In this document: in pieces, positions 14,396-26,209 of the stretch
How the letters are laid out: every line of letters begins with the position of its first letter
How positions within the stretch are numbered: position 1 is the first letter of the stretch
Assembly (NCBI GenBank): GCA_035084275.1
Contig: CM068744.1
Coordinates: forward strand, 42,656,001-42,720,000
Source of the DNA: Hydrolagus colliei
Lineage: Eukaryota
Direction of reading: 5' to 3'
DNA length: 64,000 bases
Program-made: the position numbers and the translations under genes
Notes under the pieces: model-generated
The model's input: the letters and a program-made list of their open reading frames with translations, nothing else
What the model was told of the DNA's origin: nothing
The model's database searches: none

Positions 14396-14861
14396 CACAG
14401 TACTGTATATCTCTTTTTCAGGCTTAGGTGTCCCAGCATCCAAAGCTCGCAAGGATCCTGATCGTCATTGTTTCCTGATACTGATCTGCTTTGCTTCACT
14501 AGACTGATTGCACTGATTCCCAATACTAATTGTATTGCTTCTGTTGACTGATGTCTGAGCCGCTCTGGTGAGTTTTGAAACCCCAAAATGGCAGGCTTGC
14601 TTGAAGGAGTATTTGGCTTAAGCTTCAAGGTGGGAATCTTTGAGACGATGGAGTTCTGTAGCTCAGTGGTTAGAGCACTTGTCTCACAAGTGAGAGATCT
14701 GGGTTCAATTCCCGGCAGGGTGAAAACTTGGGCAAGTTTGCTTACTCCACATACTTGTTAATAATCGTCCAAGAAAAAAACCCAATGATGTTCACTTCAA
14801 TTCATGACTGTTTGTGGGGTCGCTGTTTGTATGCAATTGGCTGCCACATTTTGTCCACAAA

Positions 14862-15984
14862 TATAAGAGATTAATAAAAAAATTAGAGGCCCACGGTATT
14901 AAGGGGACAGTGGCAGTTTGTATTAAGAACTGGCTGAGTGATAGAAAGCAGAGGGTGGTGGTTAATGGATGTTTCTTGAAATGGATGGAGGTGTGCAGCG
15001 GTGTCCCCCAGGGATCGGTATTGGGACCACTGCTCTTTCTAATATATATTAATGATCTGGACTTGGGAATAGAGAGCACAAAGTTAGGTAGGGTAGTAAA
15101 TAGTGAGGAGGACTGTAACCAACTGCAAGCAGACATACACAGATTGGTGGAATGGGCTGACATGTGGCAAATGGATTTTAATGTGGATAAGTGTGAGATG
15201 ATACACTTAGGTAGGAAAAATGATAGGAGGCAATATAGACTTGGTAGCTCAATCTTAAGTGGGGTGAATGTACAGAGAGATCTGGGTGTTCAAGTAAGCG
15301 AATCATTAAAGGTAGCAGGGCAAGTAGATAAGGCAGTAAAAAAGGCATTTGGTGTCCTGAGCTTTATTAGTAGGTGCCTAGAGTATAAGAGTAGGGAGGT
15401 TATGGTTAATCTATACAAAACACTGGTTAGGCCTCAACTGGAGTACTGCATCCAGTTCTGGGCACCTTATTTCAGGAAAAAGGCACATTAAGGCACTGGA
15501 AAGGGTGCAGAGGAGATTCACGAGAATGATACCAGGAATGGGGAACCTTAGCTATGAGAACAGACTGGAGAAGTTAGGACTTTTCCCATTAGAGCGGAGA
15601 AGGTTACGCGGGGACCTGATAGAGGTCTTCAAGATCATGAAAGGTTTCGATAGGCTAGATAGGGAAAAGCTGTTTCCGCTGGTAGGTGTGTCAGTGACCC
15701 GTGGTCACAGTCTTAAGATATCTACCAAAACAAGCAGAGGGAAGGTTAGAAGAATTTTTTTTACTCAGTGAGTTGTTCGAATTTGGAATGATCTGCCTGA
15801 AAGGGTAGTGAGGTCCGATTTGATAGCAACTTTTAAGAGAGAACTAGATAGGTATCTGGGGAAGATGGGTTTGCAGAGTTATGGGGTTAATGAAAGTGAC
15901 TTGCTCGGTCAAAGAGCCGGCACAGACTCGATGGGCTGAATGGCCTCCTTCTGTGCCATAACATTCTATGTTTCTATGATTCTA
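14862..15984 (+). mobile_element. CR1 LINE 3' fragment inserted into a SINE
   Basis: ORFs 14814-15491 (GVPQGSVLGPLLFLIYINDL) and 15505-15771; (TTCTATG)n tail; SINE halves on either side. Confidence 0.9.
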
Positions 15985-16920
15985 TGCAATATACAGTCAA
16001 TTTACGTTACAGTAAATTCTGAGAAGCACATTGAGACATCTAGAAGATGTGAAAAACCATGGTATCATATGCAAGGATTATTATTGTTATTGTTATCATC
16101 CACAATGAGCCAAGATATCAGTCACTGTTTGAGTGAACCTTTGCCTTCCCCACGCCCACACTATCCTCTCCTCCTCACCTTGTTTCTAAATCTGACGAGT
16201 GATGTTGGTGTGGTATTTCATGGCCACAGACATGAACAGGCCATTGAGGGCCTGGGTACTGATTATCAGCCTCATCCACACAGACCGAGAAACCCTGAAA
16301 CAAGCCCCTAACCAGAGAGTTTGCTAGCTGAACCCTGAGACTGGTCAGCTCTGCAAACAGGAACAGGAGGAGTTTCTGCAAGTTGAGCGGAAGCTGCTGG
16401 GATTTTAGGATGTTTGGTGTAGACGGTGGAGAGGCCGGACACGGTATAATACGACAATATCGTGGCCAGTCCCAGCGTGGTGATGTACAGGACCGTTTCC
16501 ATCCCTGGCTCCTGCCTGCTGTTGAAGCCGCTGTAGGTTTAGCAAATGCCAATGGCTTTGAGCAGCCACTTGAGCAGAGAGAAGCGTTTGTGCAAGAGGG
16601 TGGTGTCGAGCACAGTGCGGCTGGAGATCATGGAATCATAGAATCTTACGGCACAAAAGAAGGCATTCGGCCCATTGGGCCTGTGCCGGCTCTTTGAAAA
16701 GAGCAACTCAATCCCACTCCCCAGTTCTCTCCCCATAATCGTGCAAACCCGTCCTCCCCAAATAAATGTCTATCTCTCTTTTAAAAGTTGTTATTGAATC
16801 GGCCTCCACCAACTTTTCTCTTGAGGTTACCAACAACTTGGAATGTGCTGGGGTCCATGTGACGCAGCAAGTCTTCCAATAGGTTATTATTGAGGGCCGA
16901 GAGCAGGGGCTGTGCTCACG

Positions 16921-17168
16921 TGAAAGCTTCCCCTCAGCACAAATCTGATCTCACTCAGTTACACCAATTCCAAATTCGAAAGCCTTTGCACATTGTCGTC
17001 AGGGTTGGTTTGTGACAGAGCTGGATTGTCTTTCCCTACTCTTCCCTTTTTCTGTATCTTCCTCTTTATATGAGAAAACAGGATCTTGTGCAATAGGCAG
17101 CAGGAAATTGCTTGAGCTCCATCACAGCTTCTCCACATCATTTCACATCTAAACTGAACATCGCTGAG
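16921..17168 (+). promoter_or_regulatory. Gene A proximal promoter
   Basis: Conserved with the gene B upstream region. Contains a shared ~48-bp motif (16921-16968), an Ets/PU.1-like AAAGAGGAAG on the opposite strand (17058-17067) and an adjacent TATA-like TTTATAT. Confidence 0.55.
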
Positions 17169-17217
17169 ATGAGAACGAGTGTTTTCACTGTGAGCCTCCT
17201 CCTCTGGGTGACTGCAG
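17169..17217 (+). CDS. Gene A exon 1, signal peptide MRTSVFTVSLLLWVTA(G)
   Basis: ATG, hydrophobic leader and phase-1 donor G|GTGAGT. A near-identical exon lies at 44897-44945 (-). Confidence 0.88.
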
Positions 17218-20200
17218 GTGAGTAGGTGAAGGTGGGAGGCAGGCTGTGAGTGTGTGAAGGAGGGAGTGTGTGAGCGAGGGAGTGAGTCTGTGAGTGAATG
17301 AGTGAGGAAGGAAGTGGGTGAGCTTGGGAGGGAATAAGAGTGAGTGAATCAGTGAGGGTTGGAGTAAGGAAGTGAATGAGTAAGTGAATGAGAAGAGGTT
17401 CGGAGAGAGTGAGTGAATGAGTGGGTGAGTAAGTCAGGAAGGGAGTGAGGGATTGGGTGAGGGAGCGAGACAGAGAGCGAGTGAGGGAGGGTGTGTGGGA
17501 GGGAGTGATGGAGGGCGGAAGGGTGTCAAGAAGGGAAGGAGCATATGAGGAGAGAGGGCGAGTGTGAGGATTAGAGGGAATGAGGGATGGGATGTGGGAG
17601 GGAATGAGAGAGTGAGTAAGGGAAGGAGTGAGGGAGGGAATGAGACAATGAGTGAGTGGGCGGGCGGGCGGGCGAGGAGGGGGTTATGTGTGTGAGTCAG
17701 TGATGGAGGAAGGAAGTGAGAGACTAAAAAAGAGAGGGAGGGAGGGAGGGAGGGAGGGAGCCTGGTGCGGGAGAGGTCACGAACTGCATAGCTCTGGATG
17801 ATCTGCGGTCTGTGGAGGGAGGCATTGGGGAGGCCGACAAGCAGGCCATTATTATTATTATATAAATTCAAGATGTTGTAAAATACAGGATTCCATGGTT
17901 ATTTGGGATTATTTGGTTCAGAAAATGCCAGCCAGCCTACAAACACAAGACAATCAGAGGGAATCTCACAGCCAAACAGATATATAATAATAATAATCCT
18001 TGTATTTGTTATAGTGCGTTTCACATATTTTTAACGTCTCAAAGCGCTTCACAGAATATACTGTAAAGTGAATTGACTGTATATTTGTGGACGAAAGGGC
18101 GAAACGCGGCCACCAGTTGCACACAGCAGTGTCCCACAAACATTGTGGATTGAAATGACGAATTTTTATTGTTGTGTTTTTTTCTGAGGATTATTATTAG
18201 GCAAATTATATAGAAGACACATGGAAACGAGAGAAGAGAGTGCAGGATGTCTGTCTATTTATACAACTGAGTCACTGAGCAACACAAAATCTTATCCACT
18301 CACCACCAACAACAACGACTTTGATTTATATGGCGCCCTCCACGCCGGACGGCGTCTCAGAGCGCTTCACAGTAGCAGATCCCAGGACCGAGCCAGGGGC
18401 AGGGGTAGAAAGGTGACCAAAGGCGCGATCGAAGAGAAAGGTCTTTAGCTGTGACCTGAAACTGGGAAGAGAGGGGGCGAGGCAAAGGGAGTGAGAAAGG
18501 GAGTTCCAGAGCCTTGGAGCTTAGTGGCTGCCTCCTCTCGACTGGTCCCATCCTCCTTCTTGCCCCTTATGCCCTTCATTCTACCATTGTTGACCACATT
18601 TGCGGCCACTATGTCCACCCGACATGAAAGGCACTATACATATATTGTTGTTGTTTCAACTCTGGAACTCTCTTTCTCTATTTCTCCACTCTGCCCTTTC
18701 CTTCCCCATTCTCAGAGTCCTGCAGCTCAATGGTGAGAGCGCTCGCCTCGCAAGCGAGGGGGTCTGGGTTCAATTTCCAGGTAGGCCAAAAGTTGGGCAA
18801 GTTTCTTTGCTCCACAGGTCTCGCAGTAACTAGGAACCCTGATGTCAGTTAAGAATCCAACTCTTCACACATACAGTGGTGAGAATGTGGAAGTCACTGC
18901 CATGCTCTGTCGATTAAACAAATGTCAACACATTTTACCGGAAACTCAATGTATATATGAGGGAAAGGAGAAGAGAACAGTGGGGTGGGGGTGACGTGGA
19001 TAGAGGGGTGAGGGGGAATAGAGGGGTCAGGGGACTAGACGAATGTGGGAGAGGGGAATAATGGGATGCAGTGGGGTCTAATCTCCTGCTGGCATAGATT
19101 TGGTGGGGGGGTTGGGTGTGGGTAGGGGGGAGCAATGCCCAAGCTGGAGCAGAGGGGGGCAGTGGATGGGTCCACGATAGAGAGAGGGTGAGGAGGGCAG
19201 TGGGAGAAGGACAGAGGTTGAGTAGCTGAGGGTGTGGGATAGAAATGGGGGCATTTAGACGGGTTTGTATCAGTTTGGGTGGGGGTGTGGAGGCAGTCAA
19301 AATATGCATTCCAAGAGACCTGGAGTGAGTGATCAGTGGGGCAAGGAGTGGGCTAGAGGAGACAGCTCCAGGGAGAGGGAATGGGGATAGCCCTCATCGT
19401 GTTAATTATTGGGTTAGACAGAACCCCCAGCCTAGAAAATAAGGCTTAGAGAGAAAGAGATAAACAGAATAGGAAGAGAGGTGAGAGACAACAACAACAA
19501 CAAAATAATAATAATAATAATAATGTTTCCATTTGATACAGCGCTTTTCAAGTCTTCTAGACATCTCAAAGTACTTCACAGAATATACTGTAAAGTGAAT
19601 TGACTATATTTGTGGGCAAAACACAGCAGCCGATTCCACACAGCAGTGTCCCACAAACAGTCATGAATGGAAATGACCAATTTATTATTGTTTTATTTTA
19701 ATAATAATAATAAGCCTTGCATTTGATTTAGCACTTTTCATGTCTTCTAGCTGTCTCAAAGCGCTTCACAGAATATACGGCAAAGTGAATTGACTGTATA
19801 TTTGTGGGTGAATATTTCAACATATAAACACATCTCTGCAACCTCCTAACTCCCTACCAACCTGTCCTCTCCCTCTGTTCAGCAGGCTCTGGCCTGCTCC
19901 ACATCCCACGACCCACCCGTGGCGAGTGAGCCTTTAGCCACTTTGCCCCCAACCTCTGGAACTACATCCCATAGTCCCTCCGCCTTGCCCCCTCCCTGGC
20001 CTCCTTCAGGTCCTGCCTCAAGACACTCCTAATCCTCCCCTTTCCCTCCACCCTCCCCTATCCCAACCCCAGCTCGGGTCTGAAACAATGACTGTCCAGT
20101 GCCATGGGACGTCCTCCTGATGTGAAAGGCGATGTACAAGTGTAGTTGGTTGGTTGGTGGTTGTTGTTGTTGTTCACACTCACAAAGTGAGCGCCATCTT

Positions 20201-21130
20201 ATCCACCGCTCTGGTGGATCAATGACCGCCCGGTCATTTCCGGCGTTTACGTTGGGTGGTGGGGTGGGGTGTATGGAGAGGAGAGGGGCAAGTTACACTT
20301 ATAGAGCACCTTTCACTTTTGGAGGATGTCCCAAGATGCTGAAAAAGAAATTGGAGAGGAGCAGGGATCCTTCGTCAGAATAATGGGACGTTGGGTCATG
20401 GAATCCTAGAATCTTATAGCACAAAAGGAGACCATTCGGCCCATCAAGTCTTGCCGGCTCTTTGAAAAGAGCAATTTAGTCCCACTCCGCAGCTCTCTCC
20501 CCAAAACCCGTCCTCCCCAAATGTCTACCTCTCTTTTAAAAGTTGTTATCGAATCGGCCTCTGCCACCTTTTCAGGCCATGCATTCATAGACCCAAAATG
20601 TTGACTCTCTTCATAGATGCTGGCTGAACTGATGAGTGTTCCCAGCGATTTCTGTTTTGATTTCATATTTCTATCATCTGCAGTATTTTGCATTTTTGTT
20701 GAAAATAGTTAATTTTGTTTTCCACTTTTTGGAGTCATGTAGCTCAGTGGTTAGAGCACTCACCTTGCAAATGAGAGATCTGGGTTTGATTCCCAGCAGG
20801 GTGAAACCTTGGGCAAGTTTCCTTACTCCACATGCCTATTAATAATCCCTAAAAATAAATTGGTCATTTCAATTCACAACTGTTTGTGGGATATTGCTAT
20901 GTGCAATTAGTGGCTAGGTTTCACCCAGAAATATACAGTCAATTCATATTACAATATATTGTGTGAAGTACTTTGAGATGGCTAGAAGATGTGAAAAGCG
21001 ATATATCAAATGCAAGGATTATTATTATTATCTTGTAGCTTTGATCAGAGACACGGTGCTCAATCTGCTGCCCTGTGTGTGTGTCTCACTCCTCACCCTG
21101 TGACTGTCTGTACCTATTCACTGTTTACAG

Positions 21131-21475
21131 GGGGAACTCGAGCTGCTGTCCTGACACAGACTCCGTCACATGTAATTGTGAGAGAGGGTCAGACCGTCCA
21201 CTCACTGTGTGTCTTGGGAGGCGCTGAGATGAAGCCAGTGCATCTCCACTGGTACAAGCAGAAGCTACCTGGGGACAGCAGGAAACATATAATCACCCAT
21301 TATGAGAATCGCGTTCGGAGACAGAATGTTGGGAACCGTTTTGAGTCAAAGAAACACATCAACGACAACAGCTGTTCTCTGACCATCACTAATGTGATAC
21401 TCACAGACTCCGCTGTCTATACCTGTGGTGTGTATGGAACTGTCTACGGAGTTGGGACTGTGGTTAATGTGACCA
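21131..21475 (+). CDS. Gene A exon 2, V-set (VJ-type) Ig domain V1
   Basis: Acceptor TTTACAG and donor A|GTAAGT. Translation shows LTQTP..C..HWYKQ..RF..LTI..DSAVYTC..YGVGTVVNVT (inside ORF 21010-21483). Confidence 0.93.
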
Positions 21476-22457
21476 GTAAGTAACCCATCAACATCAACAG
21501 AGAGTCACACAGGGAGAGAGAGAGAGTCACACAGGGAGAGGGTCACACAGGGAGACATAGAGAGACTCATATAGCGAGAGAGAGAGAGAGAATCACACAG
21601 GGGGAGAGAGCATACAGGGCCTTGTTAATTGGCATGAAAAAGCACACGTAAACAGGGAATTGGAGCCTTCTGAAATCAAGTAGGCTGTCACTTGCGAGCT
21701 GTGGGATGTGGGGACTGAATATATCTTCCCCTATGAACTGACAAGTCAGAATAGCTGCTTCTATAACATGTGGCATCTATTGCTTTACCTCCAGCCATGT
21801 GCCATTGCTTAGCTTCAGTCATTCTAGATTCCTGAGCAACATGATTTGGGATCCAAGCTTTAGTATCAGTTTGTGTGAAGGAATAGTTCTAGAGAGTTTA
21901 AAATCTCAGTTGGGAAGTAATTCCTTTCTCTGTGTAATTACACACTTATTCTGTGTGGAAGTCCAGCTGTGCTGTGTTTTGCTCTTGAGTTTTGTGTGAT
22001 AGGTCTTTTCTATATCGTCTGGCATTTTTATTTGTCCTTGATAGGCCTGATGTTTTCTTCGTATGCACAATAATGTGTATGATTAATGTAGATGCTGTGT
22101 TGCAGAATCTCAAGAAATGTTATATTTCGGGTGGGGATGGGGGGGCCGGGTGGCTTAATTAAAGCAATTTTAATATATTTCTTAATTACCTCATCAACCA
22201 AAGGAGATTGCTGAAAAAATATGCCCATGACGCTCCCCTTGGCAAGACCTTTCCTCTTTCCATCTCTACATCAAACAGTGATTGTGTTCTTGGTGGACAC
22301 ACAAACAGATATTTTGTCTTTATTATTATAGATAACTATATAGTGTACAGTGTGATATATTATAATAGATTATGTACAGTATTCTGTACTATATATAATA
22401 GAAATGGATGGTGTGAAATGTAATATATATTGTATTAAAAGTAAATTTCCCTTAAAG

Positions 22458-22802
22458 GTGAGGCTGTTCCTCTCCTGGTTCAGTCCCCGACCCTGGAACG
22501 TGTCACAGAGGGACGCCCGGCCCGGTTACAGTGCTCCATGGAGAAGGCCAACGTGATCAGCACCGATGTACACTGGTACCGACAACTCCCAGGACAGCGG
22601 AGAGAGTGGATTTTAACACATGATACAAGTGACAGGATAACAGGCTCCGAAGGTTCCACTCAGCGTCTCCAGCCGTCCAGAGTCACCTCCAATAACACCT
22701 ACATTCTGATCCTCCCAACCGTGACGCTCAGTGATGCTGCCGTCTATCACTGCTGTGTGTGGGGAGATGTCTGTGGGGTCGGGACCCGGCTGAACATAAC
22801 CA
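22458..22802 (+). CDS. Gene A exon 3, V-set (VJ-type) Ig domain V2
   Basis: Acceptor TTTCCCTTAAAG and donor A|GTCAGT. Translation shows LVQSP..LQCSM..VHWYRQLPG..DAAVYHCCVWGDVCGVGTRLNIT. Confidence 0.93.
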
Positions 22803-23789
22803 GTCAGTACATGTTATACAGAGCAATAGAGAAACAGAGGCCCCAATGTTTTTGTGGTGACTGTAGCCTGTGCTGCTCCATGTTACACCATTAGGCTTAA
22901 GTGTCTCCTGTAGCAGTGAATCACAGAATATTACAGCAATGAGGGGGGTGTGGGGAGAGTAGTCTGAGGGTGGGGGATTAGCCTGAAGAGGGGTGGGGGG
23001 AGGGAGGCGTAGTGTGAAATGGGGGTGGTGGGAGTTTGAGTGGGGAGTGTGAGGGGAGGCAGCATGAGAGGGTGGGGTAATAATATTAATATAATAATCC
23101 ATGTATTTGCTATAGTGCTTTTCATGTTTTCTGGACATCTCAAAACGCTTCACAGAATATACTGTAAAGTGAATTGGCTGTGTATTTGTGGGTGAAACGG
23201 GCAGCCAATTGCGTGCAGCAGTGTCCCACAAGCAGTTATGGATTGAAATTACCAATTTAAAAAATATTTTGGGAGCAATTATTATTAGGTATGTGGAGTA
23301 AGGAAACTTGCCCAAGGTTTCGCCTTGATCTGCCTGGAATTGAACCCAGGTCTCTCACTTGTAAGGCAAGTGCTCTAACCACTGAGCTACAGGACTTCCA
23401 TGGCGGGGGGGTGGGGGGGGGTTCCTATCAAAGCGGGTGCTCCGTTGGTGAGGATAAGGGCTCCCATCCAGGAGGGGGTGGTCACTCTGGGGGGGCTCCC
23501 ATTGGGCGGGGGCTCCCACCGGGGAAGGAGGGTTTCCCATTGCGGGGGCTCCTGTCAGTGGGGGGAGGATGGGGGGCTCCTATCAGGTGGGGGGGGGGGG
23601 TGGGGCTCGCATCATTTGGTGTCCCATCGTGGGAGGCTCCCATTGATGGCCAGCTCCCATTGGTGACAGGTGGGATAGTGTTCTCTGTGATATTCCCTGG
23701 TTTAATGAAAGAAGTTCAGATTGTCCGGTTGAACTTTTATCCGAGGCTGTAGATGGAGCCGTTATCTAGGTTAATGGTCAACTTTTGTC

Positions 23790-24800
23790 TTTTGGGTAGT
23801 GTGAGGTGGGGGTGGTGGGATTGTAAGGGGGGATGTGAGTGGGGATGTGAGGGTGGGAGTGTGCTGGGTGGAGTTTGAGGGGTGTTGTGAGGGTATGAGT
23901 GTGAGGGTGGGGTGTGTGTGAGGGGTGTTGTGAGAGTGTGAGTGTGAGGGGGGGTGTGTGAGTGGGGCAGTGTGGGGGCAGTATGAGAGTGGGAGTGTGA
24001 GAGGGAGAGTGATTGTGGGGGTGTGTGAGGATGGGGTGTGAGGGGGATGGAATAGTGAGGGGTCTATCGATGGCCTGGAGCCATTGCCCTGATGGTTTCT
24101 CCTGATTGTCCCCAGAGACCCCCCTCACTGCTGCTGTTGTTGTTGTTGTGGCTGTTGTTGGGGTCTTGATGTTGCTGATATTTCTCGTCATCACAATCTT
24201 CATGTTCCACAAACGACAAAGACAGATTGGGCAAAATTCTCCACAGGGAGGGTGAGACAACAGCTGCTTCCTGGCTTTACTGCTACCCCACCCATCCCCA
24301 CCCCACAGCTGTGGGTGTATGTGTGTATCTGTGTTTGTGTATGTTGGTATGTGTATGTCTATGTGTATGCATGTGTGTGTACATGTGTATCTGTGTTTGT
24401 ATATGTGTGTGGTATATATTGTGGTATGCGTGGACTATGCTATATGATTGGGAGGGGAGGCTGTGTGTTTGTGTGTTGGTATGTCTGTGTATCTATGTAT
24501 GTGTGTGCTTGTGTGTGTGTGTGCCATTCTGTGTGGTTGGGAGGGGAAGCTGTCTGTGTGTATGGTTGGGAGGGGATGGCTGTTTGTTTGTGTGTAAGTG
24601 TGTATGGTTGGGAGGGGAGGCTATGTGTGTGTGTGGTTGGGAGGGAACGGTGGTGTGTGTGTGGTTGGAAAAGTAAGGCTGTGTGTGTGTGTGGTTGGGA
24701 GGGGAGCTCTGTGCGTGTGTGCTATGCTCTATGGTGAGGAGGAGAGTCTGTGTGTGGGTGTGTGGTTGGAAGGGGACGGCAGTGTGTGTGTGTGTGTGTG
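23790..24800. repeat. GT/G-rich simple repeats flanking the gene A TM exon
   Basis: (GTGTGAGG)-like and (GT)n tracts. Confidence 0.85.
24116..24251 (+). CDS. Gene A exon 4, transmembrane segment
   Basis: Acceptor TGTCCCCAG; [35 protein letters not shown] is an uncharged TM followed by a basic stop-transfer; donor GG|GTGAGA, phase 2. Confidence 0.85.
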
Positions 24801-24870
24801 TGCGGTTCGGATGGGAGGCTGTGAGTCAGTAACAATGTTGGCAACAATATCTGCTGTGATGTTTATTTAG

Positions 24871-24920
24871 GACCAACCAGGGGGTCGACAACATCAACAA
24901 CATCAACATGACAGTGATGG
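24871..24920 (+). CDS. Gene A exon 5, cytoplasmic (TNQGVDNINNINMTVM)
   Basis: Acceptor TTTATTTAG and donor G|GTGAGA. Its 2-to-1 phase exactly bridges exons 4 and 6. Confidence 0.7.
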
Positions 24921-25106
24921 GTGAGAAATCAGTGCAGCATTTAAGGCCTTGGTCAGGTCACCCAGTGAAGCAACTGTCAGTCACAGCCCCACCCCATAGG
25001 CTCCCTGAGCAACACCCATATCTCCCGGTGACCAGGCTGTCACCAGCAATTGGTGGTACTTCCTGCTACCTGCCATCCACCCAGTGAAGCTCAAACCCAC
25101 CCAACT

Positions 25107-25280
25107 GATCAGGGGATGGGTTTCCATGTGACACACACACACGGTTGATCAGGGGGATGGGTTTCACTGTGATACACACACAAACACATACATGGCTGAG
25201 CAGGGGGATGGGTTTCCATGTGACACACACATGTACGGTTGATCAGGGGGATGGGTTTCCATGTGATACACACAGGGCTG
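25107..25280. repeat. Four-copy ~42-bp minisatellite
   Basis: CAGGGG(G)ATGGGTTTC..TGTGA(C/T)ACACAC repeated four times. Confidence 0.8.
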
Positions 25281-25350
25281 AACCCTAAATGTTGAGTGAT
25301 GGATGTCTCTGCTCCATCCCACCTGAACCATCTTATTCTCTGTCCTGCAG

Positions 25351-25415
25351 CTCAAACTGAGAGGAGCAGGGCCAGCGGTGGGATTGAGGAGCAACGTGAG
25401 GCCTCGTGTTGTCTG
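25351..25415 (+). CDS. Gene A exon 6, cytoplasmic (AQTERSRASGGIEEQREASCCL)
   Basis: Strong acceptor TTCTCTGTCCTGCAG; phase-0 donor CTG|GTCAGT. Same length (65 nt), phases and donor as gene B exon 32424-32488. An alternative donor exists at 25395. Confidence 0.65.
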
Positions 25416-25962
25416 GTCAGTAACTGGAGAGAGAGCTTATTATTTATTGCTGTCTCCCAATAGCCGGCCAGCTGGTACAAGCCACTGCAGGTGTTGTTGG
25501 CTTCACAGGGAGTTGGCTTGACATCTATGGGCTAAGGCCTCTCTCTCACATTAATACGCTGGTGCTGAGTAAGCCTGGGACCCACAAGCAAGAGTACCTG
25601 GGTTCCATTCTGGCTGAAACAATTGATATCAATGTGATATGTTCAGAGATTTTTCCCATTGACCTTGTCCTCCCTCCACCCACTGCGCTCAGTGAGGACT
25701 AACCAATTCCGAGTCCCCCGTGCACCCCTACCACCCCATACACCCCACCATCAGTGGGCGGGATTTCAGCCATTCTACCCGCATTTAAACAGAAATCTAT
25801 CCAAAAGTAAGGATTTAGGGAGAAAGAATGGGGTTCATGTAGAGAGCTCCAGTGGGGGAGTGAGCACCAGCACAGGCGCAATGGGGAGAGAGCAGGGAAT
25901 GGGCAGCTCCAGTGGGGGCTGTGAAGTGTATACAGAATAATACTGTTTTTCTCCTCTCTCAG

Positions 25963-26082
25963 GAAGGTGAGGAGGGAATTCTATACGCACAGATTGTGTT
26001 CACTGGAAAAGCTCAGAAGCCCCCGGCAGTGACTGAGGCTGACAGCGTGGGAGAATATGCCACCATCAGCCGGGAGAAATGA
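25963..26082 (+). CDS. Gene A terminal exon with ITIM (ILYAQI) and ITSM-like motif (GEYATI)
   Basis: Acceptor TTTTTCTCCTCTCTCAG; EGEEGILYAQIVFTGKAQKPPAVTEADSVGEYATISREK then TGA at 26080-26082. Confidence 0.85.
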   Translation, partial: EGEEGILYAQIVFTGKAQKPPAVTEADSVGEYATISREK

Positions 26083-26209
26083 TGTGGGACTGAGTGGGAT
26101 AGGGTGGAGGGACTGGGGGCTGGGAGACAGACCCATTCACCCACCCACCAATTGACTGACCAACAGTATAACCCCATCAGCATCCAAGGCTGCACTTTTC
26201 ACCTTTTCT

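Larger units (their letters stand above)
17169..26082 (+). other. Gene A span: non-rearranging IgSF receptor, leader-V-V-TM-ITIM tail, 7 coding exons, 369 aa
   Basis: Exons 17169-17217, 21131-21475, 22458-22802, 24116-24251, 24871-24920, 25351-25415 and 25963-26082 all have AG/GT boundaries and matching phases (1,1,1,2,1,0). They sum to 1110 nt, giving an open frame of 369 aa plus stop. Confidence 0.8.

Noticed and set aside
16175-16697. ORFs upstream of gene A as a separate gene
   Set aside because: No recognisable domain or exon chain, and they partly overlap a CR1 3' end.
24227-24870. Cys/Val-rich ORFs near the gene A TM exon
   Set aside because: (GT)n microsatellite translations.
25107-25280. 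CRISPR-like repeat array
   Set aside because: Degenerate tandem units without unique spacers, in a vertebrate intron.
25967-26082. Alternative gene A junction 25395 to 25967
   Set aside because: In frame and possible, but the CAG acceptor at 25962 is stronger and the 65-nt exon mirrors gene B; kept only as a minor alternative.
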